Positions 38,550 to 44,649 of a stretch of 44,649 nucleotides of DNA are shown in pieces. Made by a program: the position numbers and the translations under genes. The stretch's first letter is position 1. Each line of letters starts with the position of its first letter. A model generated the notes under the pieces. That model saw only the letters and a list, made by a program, of their open reading frames with translations. It was not told the origin of the DNA and searched no databases. Source of the DNA: Thermodesulfobacteriota bacterium (lineage in GTDB: Bacteria > Desulfobacterota > Desulfobacteria > Desulfobacterales > C00003060); NCBI GenBank assembly GCA_034189385.1, contig JAXHVD010000030.1, positions 1 to 44,649 of the forward strand, given 5' to 3'.

Positions 38550-39317
38550 TTGACAGATAGGCTCAAGATACTGGATTTCTGGGCAGACCCCCTGACCAGG
38601 GCCGAATGCCTGGAAAAGGTGAGCGGCTATCTCGAGGAGGACGGGGGGGTTCATACCATTTTTGCCGTTAATCCGGAGAAGAACTTCGCGGCCCGCAAAG
38701 ATGGGGCCTTGCAACATACACTGGAATCGGCGGACCTTCTGATACCCGATGGAATCGGGGTGGTGCTGGCTGCGAGAATACTTTACGGCGCAAGGCTGTC
38801 CCGCGTCCCGGGCGTAGAGTTTATGGAAGCCATCTGTGCCCTGGCTGCAAAGGGGGGGTACAAGGTCTTTTTCTATGGCGCAAGGGAAGAGGTGAACAAG
38901 CAGGCCGTGGAGATACTGAGGGGCCGTTATCCTGGTTTAAATATTGTGGGCAGGTCAAACGGGTATGTGAAAGAAGAAGAGATGGCGTCTCTTGTAAAAA
39001 AGATCAATGCCTCCGGGGCCGAGGTCCTTTTTTTAGCCCTGGGATCGCCCAAGCAGGAGAATTGGATTTCCGCCTACAAGGATGCCCTCAAGACCGTGAG
39101 GGTGTGTCAGGGCATAGGGGGCACACTGGATACGATCGCAGGCCGTGTGAAACGGGCGCCAAAGATCTGGTGCCGGTTGTCAGCCGAATGGCTGTACCGA
39201 CTCCTCTCAGAGCCCAGAAGGATCAAACGTCAGAAGGTGCTGCCAATCTTTGCGGTGATGGTTGTCCTCGCAAAGCTCAGACAAGGGGCAACAAGAACAA
39301 CCCTAGAAAACCGTTGA
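38550..39317 (+). CDS. WecG/TagA/CpsF-family glycosyltransferase (GT26)
   Basis: VNPEK, PDGIGVV, RVPG, LGSPKQE and EWLYRL. Confidence 0.94.
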   Translation: MTDRLKILDFWADPLTRAECLEKVSGYLEEDGGVHTIFAVNPEKNFAARKDGALQHTLESADLLIPDGIGVVLAARILYGARLSRVPGVEFMEAICALAAKGGYKVFFYGAREEVNKQAVEILRGRYPGLNIVGRSNGYVKEEEMASLVKKINASGAEVLFLALGSPKQENWISAYKDALKTVRVCQGIGGTLDTIAGRVKRAPKIWCRLSAEWLYRLLSEPRRIKRQKVLPIFAVMVVLAKLRQGATRTTLENR

Positions 39318-39348
39318 ACCGCAGACGAACGCAGACAACCGCAGACAC

Positions 39349-39791
39349 TTTTTACCCAATTCAGCTCAAGGCACTTTTGGGTAAAAAACGAACAAGGTGG
39401 CATCCACGAACCCAATAGGCCGCCCCGAGCCGCCTGACACTTTTTACCCATTTCAGCTCAAAGCACTTTTGGGTAAAAAACGAACAAGGTGGCATCCACG
39501 AACCTAATTGGCCGTCCCGAGCCGCCCATAGACTTTTACCCAAATCAGCTCAAGGCAGTTTTGGGTAAAAACAGCCTTGTTTGGCCGCACGTCCCAACCA
39601 GTAGGATCATTTTCTGACCCAGACCGCGGAGCGGAACGAAAGACGGTACTGTTATGAAACAACTCACGCAGAAGCTAAAAACCGGCAATATGCGCGTCCT
39701 TGAAGTTCCCATTCCCAAACCGACCCCGAAGGGCATGAGCCTCCAACCATCACTTTTACCCAAATCAGCTCAAGGCACTTTTGGGTAAAAA
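39349..39791 (+). repeat. Family C hairpin direct repeats C1-C4
   Basis: TTTTACCCAWWTCAGCTCAARGCASTTTTGGGTAAAA at ~39349, 39441, 39534 and 39754. Confidence 0.95.
39654..39788 (+). pseudogene. N-terminal fragment of a polysaccharide-locus bi-domain oxidoreductase (Zn-ADH + Gfo/Idh/MocA type)
   Basis: MKQLTQKLKTGNMRVLEVPIP, then runs into repeat C4 and stops; recognised from memory of the family N-terminus. Confidence 0.65.
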
Positions 39792-39841
39792 GATGGTGGT
39801 TCAATGGCTGATTTCGCGGACCCAAGATGACATTAGGCTGC

Positions 39842-40186
39842 TCAGGATGGCTTTTGGGGCGACCTCCTTGTGGCATGGCCTTTCTTTATTTCTCTTAGAT
39901 CGGTGACATCGAACGTATATGCTCTTCCGATTTTGTAACCGGGAACTCGGCCGTCTTTCACCCATCGTCTCAAGGTTACAGATGACACGCCGAGATACTC
40001 GGACGCCTCTTTTAGGTTGAAAGGCTTTGCTGCAATTTCATTTTGCCAAGCTTCTATGTCCAGGATCTCAGGGGCGTCCTTGGCGTGGCCCTTTATCCCA
40101 AAGTCCACAATATGGCGAGCAACCTTTTCTCTTTCTTCTATTGGAAGAAGGTACATGTCTCTGATGACCTTTTCTGCCGTTAGCAT
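39842..40186 (-). CDS. Excisionase-like HTH DNA-binding protein, putative antitoxin (TA7)
   Basis: FNLKEASEYLGVSSVTLRRWVKDGRVPGYKIGRAYTF. Confidence 0.85.
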   Translation of the reverse strand: MLTAEKVIRDMYLLPIEEREKVARHIVDFGIKGHAKDAPEILDIEAWQNEIAAKPFNLKEASEYLGVSSVTLRRWVKDGRVPGYKIGRAYTFDVTDLREIKKGHATRRSPQKPS

Positions 40187-40187
40187 T

Positions 40188-40466
40188 TCAGCCTCCGATT
40201 TCCCGCAGGTATCGTCAGATTCTTGTAAAAGTTCTCATGTGGGCCAACCTGATAAAGGACGAGAGCATCGTCTTCGATTCTATAAGCCATCAACGTCAAT
40301 TGGCGGCCCATTGTAAACTTGTGAACCCTTCCAGGTCCCCTGCTTTGTGCTCACCGACTCCGGGGTCTGCGAGAACGTCTTCCACCGCATCTAAGATAAC
40401 CTGCTGAAACTGTCGTGGAAGCTTCTTTACGTACCTTTTGAACCGTGGCATCTGAAAGAGTTTCAC
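40188..40466 (-). pseudogene. Frameshifted RelE/ParE-like toxin (TA7)
   Basis: Three frames give MKLFQMPRFKRYVKKL...DPGVGEHKAGDLEGF / HKFTMGRQLTLMAY...VGPHENFYKNL / RYLREIGG*. Confidence 0.85.
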
Positions 40467-40716
40467 AATCCATTCTTATCATACCTTGTCAAATATAGGG
40501 CTCTTTTTTTCGAATCCCAGGCTCCTAGTACGCAAACCGAGCGGGGCAGTGATGATTGTCTTGGAAAAGCTAAGGGAGTGGTGGATTCGTCAAACAGTTG
40601 ATTGGTTAATTGGTCAAATGGTGGTGGTGGGTTGATTAGTCAAATGGCTGAATCGCTAAAGGAGTGACCTGACAGCCGCAGCCAGAAGACATTTTCGAAA
40701 CGCACCCCCCCGGTAC

Positions 40717-40930
40717 TTTTTACCCAAATCAGCTCAAGGCACTTTTGGGTAAAAAGTGAGAAGCCCACGGCCTCATCCCGTCGCCGACAGCCCTTGGACG
40801 CCCCACACTTTTTACCCAAATCAGCTCAAAGCACTTTTGGGTAAAAAAAGAGGAAGCATACAGCCACATATCCACCCGGCCCCACAGAGACTTTTTACCC
40901 ATTTCAGCTCAAGGCTGTTTTGGGTAAAAA
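40717..40930 (+). repeat. Family C hairpin direct repeats C5-C7
   Basis: Copies at ~40717, 40809 and 40892, separated by unique spacers. Confidence 0.95.
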
Positions 40931-40962
40931 GGTATAGTCGCATCTAGGTTTCTGCCGCCACC

Positions 40963-41886
40963 ATGGACCCCATAGACCTAATCAGAGACGGCAAGATCCG
41001 TCGATACTTCCGGGCGACAAAGAAGTTCAACGTCCCTAACCTGGTATCTCACATCACCCAGAGGGCAGCCGGGAAAGAACCATCGTTTTTGGAAGACAGT
41101 GATTATCTGACCATGTTGGGGCTCCTGAAAGAAATCGCCGAGAATTACTCGCTAAGAATGTTTGCCTTTTGTCTCATGCCAAACCATGTTCATTTGTTGT
41201 TTAGCCCAACGGAAGCGAACCTTTACGATGCCATGCGGGACTTATTTTCGAGATATGCCACGCGATTCAACAGGAAATACGAGAGAAAAGGCCATCTGTT
41301 TGGCGGGCCGTACAGACAAGCCGTATGTCTCGACGACAGCTATCTTCTGGCCGCTTCACTCTATATCCACCAGAATCCAGTGAGGGCGGGGCTGGCGAGA
41401 GACCCTTTGAAGTACCGGTGGTCGACATGCAGATTGTTTTGTGAACCTGGTGCTCCCAAGTCTTTTGTAGATTCTCATTTCATTTTGAGATTGCTTTCCA
41501 AGGGAGAGGTTTCAAGAGAAGAAGAATACCGGCGGCTCCTGAAACAGGGGGGCGAGTTGGAAACAGGGCATGTCATCGAACAGGAAGATGCCATAGAACG
41601 TTTCCGCTCAAAGCTTACAACCATGTTTCCTTCGGTTTTTAAGCGAATTGCTAATAAAAGGCAGATTGCCGCATTTTCGGCCATAGACTTACTCGACATA
41701 GGAGAATTGGAAAAGCAGCTTGAAGCAATGAGGACGGCCAAATTTCCCAACAAACCAGAGAGCAGAAAAGCCAAAAAGCATCTCATCGAACAGCTTATTG
41801 CCCGTGGCTACAATCGTGGCGAGATTGCGGAACGACTCTGCATTTCCAGGAAAAGCGTTTACAACATCCTGAATTCCCCCATGTGA
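40963..41886 (+). CDS. REP-associated tyrosine transposase (RAYT, Y1 HUH) with C-terminal HTH extension
   Basis: HITQR, FCLMPNHVHLL (HUH), GHLFGGPY, YIHQNPVRAG (catalytic Tyr), YRWST; C-terminal GEIAERLCISRKSVYNIL. Confidence 0.92.
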   Translation: MDPIDLIRDGKIRRYFRATKKFNVPNLVSHITQRAAGKEPSFLEDSDYLTMLGLLKEIAENYSLRMFAFCLMPNHVHLLFSPTEANLYDAMRDLFSRYATRFNRKYERKGHLFGGPYRQAVCLDDSYLLAASLYIHQNPVRAGLARDPLKYRWSTCRLFCEPGAPKSFVDSHFILRLLSKGEVSREEEYRRLLKQGGELETGHVIEQEDAIERFRSKLTTMFPSVFKRIANKRQIAAFSAIDLLDIGELEKQLEAMRTAKFPNKPESRKAKKHLIEQLIARGYNRGEIAERLCISRKSVYNILNSPM

Positions 41887-41901
41887 ACAGCACATCCGGA
41901 C

Positions 41902-42034
41902 TTACCCAATTCAGCTCAAAGCACTTTTGGGTAAAAAACGTTGAAGTTGAATTCCCGCTTGCACGGGCAGAGAGTCAGCCAGACCCTGGACAGACGTTTT
42001 ACCCAAATGAGCTCAAGGCTGTTTTGGGTAAAAA
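41902..42034 (+). repeat. Family C hairpin direct repeats C8-C9
   Basis: Copies at ~41902 and 41997. Confidence 0.95.
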
Positions 42035-42187
42035 CATGGTGGCTCAGCGGCTGATTTCACGGACCTTGGGTACCACCTCAGGGCCCCGAGTATTGGCACA
42101 AGGTTGTGCATGATTCACGCCCCTGTGAAGTCCCTAAAACGTGAAACTTGACCCCCAACACTTAAAACCTAACACCAGGTGAAAAAC

Positions 42188-43279
42188 ATGAAAGCATTTC
42201 TTGTGGCGGGCGCCAGGCCCAATTTTATGAAGATCGCGCCGGTGTACCGGGAGGCCCTGAAGCATGAGCAGGTGCAGTGCAAGATCGTGCACACGGGTCA
42301 ACACTACGACTATGAAATGTCAGAGGCCTTTTTTAAGGACCTCGACATTCCGGAGCCCGACTTTTTCTTAAACGCCGGCTCAGGGTCCCATGCCGTCCAG
42401 ACTGCCAAGATCATGGTGGCCTTTGAAGAGCTCTGCGACAAGGAAAGGCCCGATGTGGTCATTGTGGTGGGCGACGTGAACTCCACTTTGGCATGCAGTG
42501 TGGTGGCCAAGAAGTCGCTCATTAAAGTGGCCCATGTAGAGGCGGGCCTAAGAAGCTTTGATCTTGCCATGCCCGAAGAGATCAATCGGATGGTGACAGA
42601 TGTGCTTTCAGACTATTTTTTCGTCACCGAAGAAAGTGGTAAAGAGAATCTCCTCAAAGAGGGTAAGGGCAAAGAGAGGATCCATTTTGTAGGCCATGTG
42701 ATGATCGACAACTTGCTCCACCAGGCCAAGAGGCTTGATGAGAAGACGATTAAAGAATTTGCTACCTACCATCTCAAGAAAGAACACAATGGCTTCGCTT
42801 TTCTGACCCTGCACCGTCCTTCAAACGTAGACACAAAAGCCGCCTTTTCCGAGATTGCAGGGGCCTTGAATGAGATTGCCGAAGAAAGAGCAATCTTTTT
42901 TCCGGTCCATCCGAGAACTGCGAAGATGATGAAGCAATTTGAAATCAAGCTTTCAGAAGACATCGTACTCCTTTCTCCCCTGGGCTTTAAGGAGTCGCTC
43001 TTTTTATGGAAAGACGCCGCCGTGGTCCTGACCGATAGCGGCGGATTGCAGGAGGAGACGACGGCCCTGGGCGTGCCCTGCGTGACGCTCAGGGAGAACA
43101 CGGAACGGCCCATCACCATTGAGATGGGAACCAATGTCTTGGGGGGTACCAAAAAGGGGTCTATTCTCAAGGCCTACAGAGAGAGTATGGCAAGAGACCG
43201 GACAAAGTGTACAGTGCCCCCCAAGTGGGATGGCAGGGCGGCCGAGCGTATATGGAAAGTTTTACTCGATAAAGCGTGA
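42188..43279 (+). CDS. wecB: UDP-N-acetylglucosamine 2-epimerase (non-hydrolysing)
   Basis: GARPNFMK, HTGQHYD, HVEAGLRS, TDSGGLQEE and TERP. Confidence 0.96.
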   Translation: MKAFLVAGARPNFMKIAPVYREALKHEQVQCKIVHTGQHYDYEMSEAFFKDLDIPEPDFFLNAGSGSHAVQTAKIMVAFEELCDKERPDVVIVVGDVNSTLACSVVAKKSLIKVAHVEAGLRSFDLAMPEEINRMVTDVLSDYFFVTEESGKENLLKEGKGKERIHFVGHVMIDNLLHQAKRLDEKTIKEFATYHLKKEHNGFAFLTLHRPSNVDTKAAFSEIAGALNEIAEERAIFFPVHPRTAKMMKQFEIKLSEDIVLLSPLGFKESLFLWKDAAVVLTDSGGLQEETTALGVPCVTLRENTERPITIEMGTNVLGGTKKGSILKAYRESMARDRTKCTVPPKWDGRAAERIWKVLLDKA

Positions 43280-43283
43280 GGAT

Positions 43284-43660
43284 TGGCCACAGACCCACAC
43301 AGACAGCCGCAGACAGTTTGCCCGGTCGACATGACCGGCCAAAACATGCCATCGCTTCGCGGATCCCATGAGAGGGGGGAATACCCGTGGCATTACTAGA
43401 CGGGTGAATGTGACTGGGCGGGGTGAGGAATCAAGAGGCCGGTACTAATTTGCCCGAAGGGCTCGAGTTTAATGGCGGCGACAAGCCTGCCCCGTGAAAC
43501 GGCTATTTCACCGGGCCTGCCCCGTGAAACGGCTATTTCACCGGGCCTGCCCCGTGAAACGCAGTGCCTATTTGAGAGGGAAAAGCGCGTCTACGGGGGT
43601 TGTTTCACTGGGGTCGTCGGCGCCATGGTCAGCGTGAGTCGGCGTAGGTCCGCGGTTAAT
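43284..43660. mobile_element. Family A element copy A5 with three nested B hairpins (43485-43613)
   Basis: CCGGTCGACATGACCGG, ATCGCTTCGCG and TGCCCGAAGGGC; ends CGCGGTTAAT. Confidence 0.85.
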
Positions 43661-43671
43661 GGAAAGACCTG

Positions 43672-43748
43672 AATGAACCACAGACCCACACAGACAGCCG
43701 CAGACAGTTTGCCCGGTCGACATGACCGGCCAAAACATGCCATCGCGA
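43672..43748. mobile_element. Family A left half (A6), truncated next to TA8
   Basis: AATGAACCACAGACCCACACAGACAGCCGCAGAC...CCGGTCGACATGACCGG. Confidence 0.8.
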
Positions 43749-43782
43749 ATCCAACGAGAGGAAGAAAGGCCCTTGCTTGTCG

Positions 43783-44049
43783 TCAGCCTCTGCCAAGTGC
43801 GGCCTTTTCTTGTGAGACTCTTTCGTGGAGCCAGACCTTGATCAAGGCCCCACGGTCAACGCCAATTCTTGTCCTTATGCGGTCAATCTCTTTGACAAGC
43901 TCTTCTGCTACGTCAAGGGTAATGCGGACCTTCTTCCCATGCCGCACGACCTTAGCTTTGGAGAGGTCAATTAGGTCGTGGATGTCCTCGCCATTGTCGA
44001 ACCGCCGATCAAACTCCTTAGTATTCTTAGCTAGTTTCTTTTTGGCCAT
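43783..44049 (-). CDS. BrnA-like CopG/RHH antitoxin (TA8)
   Basis: KEFDRRFDNGEDI...RITLDV...GVDRGALIKVWLHER. Confidence 0.85.
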   Translation of the reverse strand: MAKKKLAKNTKEFDRRFDNGEDIHDLIDLSKAKVVRHGKKVRITLDVAEELVKEIDRIRTRIGVDRGALIKVWLHERVSQEKAALGRG

Positions 44050-44299
44050 AGAGCCCCCTTTCACGTTTTCTGGCGCGTCTTACAGATATGATACGGGTAG
44101 TTTCTCCGCGCATGGTGAAGATGGCTGTCCACAACTTTTTGCCGATTTCTCCTATCATGATTCCCCTGTCTTCAAGGGGATAAGAAGCATGTACCGCAAC
44201 CCTGTTGCCCTCTTTCCACAAATCCGTAGCTGTCTCAAAATCGATTCCGTGCTTTGCTTTGTTACGGAGGCTTTTGGTCTCACCTCACTCAAATTTCAT
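44027..44299 (-). pseudogene. brnT: BrnT toxin with a nonsense codon at position 5 (TA8)
   Basis: MKFE*GETKSLRNKAKHGIDF...RIISVRRARKRE; the family consensus start is FEWD. Confidence 0.88.
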
Positions 44300-44529
44300 C
44301 GGTAAATTGTACAGATATTTTACAAAATTGCAACAAAAAAACCAAAGGAAAGTCGCTTCACAGAAAGGCACCATTGAGTACCTTCGAAGGGAGAGGCGGG
44401 CTACCCCTTAACGATTGAACCATTTTATCCACGTGCTACTTGACCAATGAACCGCCTGAAGGACACCGGTACTCCGATTTCCCATTTTACCATTCAACCA
44501 CTTAATCGGAACATCACTGAATCCCTATC

Positions 44530-44649
44530 TAGTGTCCATCCATAAATGGCTCTTTTTTCGATGAGCGGCGTTGTCCGCGGGTTCTCGGCTGCGATCCGCC
44601 TCAGGCGGACCTCGCCGGAAACCCTTGTGCCGCCTTGCTCATCAAAAAA
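44530..44649. mobile_element. Family D MITE-like copy (runs off the window end)
   Basis: TAGTGTCCATCCATAAATGGC is the exact reverse complement of 4438-4458; internal TCCGCGGG and AAACCCTTGTGC also shared. Confidence 0.75.

Noticed and set aside
39842..40186. Prophage excisionase
   Set aside because: No integrase or phage genes; it directly follows a ParE-like toxin pseudogene.
39349..42034. Family C as a true CRISPR array
   Set aside because: No cas genes, irregular intervals (42 bp to ~1 kb), two near-duplicate spacers, long terminal stems, and a RAYT inside the array.
340..43170. Numerous antisense and overlapping ORFs in the track
   Set aside because: They shadow well-supported genes and show no recognisable motifs.
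13967..44287. TGA read as Trp (alternative genetic code), suggested by two TGA codons at Trp positions
   Set aside because: Many intact genes here end in TGA and use TGG internally; nonsense mutations are simpler.

Overview
The window holds a Wzx/Wzy-type exopolysaccharide locus whose gene set resembles PEP-CTERM/XrtA-associated clusters, probably from a Desulfobacterota-like organism (inference). The export module (260-6533) encodes a Wza-like protein, an outer-membrane beta-barrel, a chain-length protein, a BY-kinase and an ExeA-like ATPase. The biosynthetic block (15.3-39.3 kb) encodes Wzx, a Wzy-like protein, five GT4-type glycosyltransferases plus a TagA/WecG-type one, three sulfotransferases, a methyltransferase, a beta-helix protein, and two pyruvyltransferase-family genes each paired with a reductase (MurB-like and FrhB-like). 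UDP-GlcA 4-epimerase and WecB lie outside that block. Two repeat-dense zones (6.7-15.1 kb and 39.3-44.6 kb) interrupt the locus. They carry eight type II toxin-antitoxin modules, four with visibly broken toxins, packed between several families of non-coding repeats. These include a ~240-bp element with inverted ends and a conserved head-to-tail junction (family A), ~27 co-oriented REP-like hairpins (family B), and nine co-oriented ~38-bp hairpins with variable spacers around a RAYT/Y1 HUH transposase (family C). There are also two MITE families and hepta/octamer tracts. The most interesting candidate system is a repeat-delimited, integron-like cassette platform in a polysaccharide locus, with the RAYT as the only recombinase-like gene in view. 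All calls were made by eye from motifs; no searches were run.
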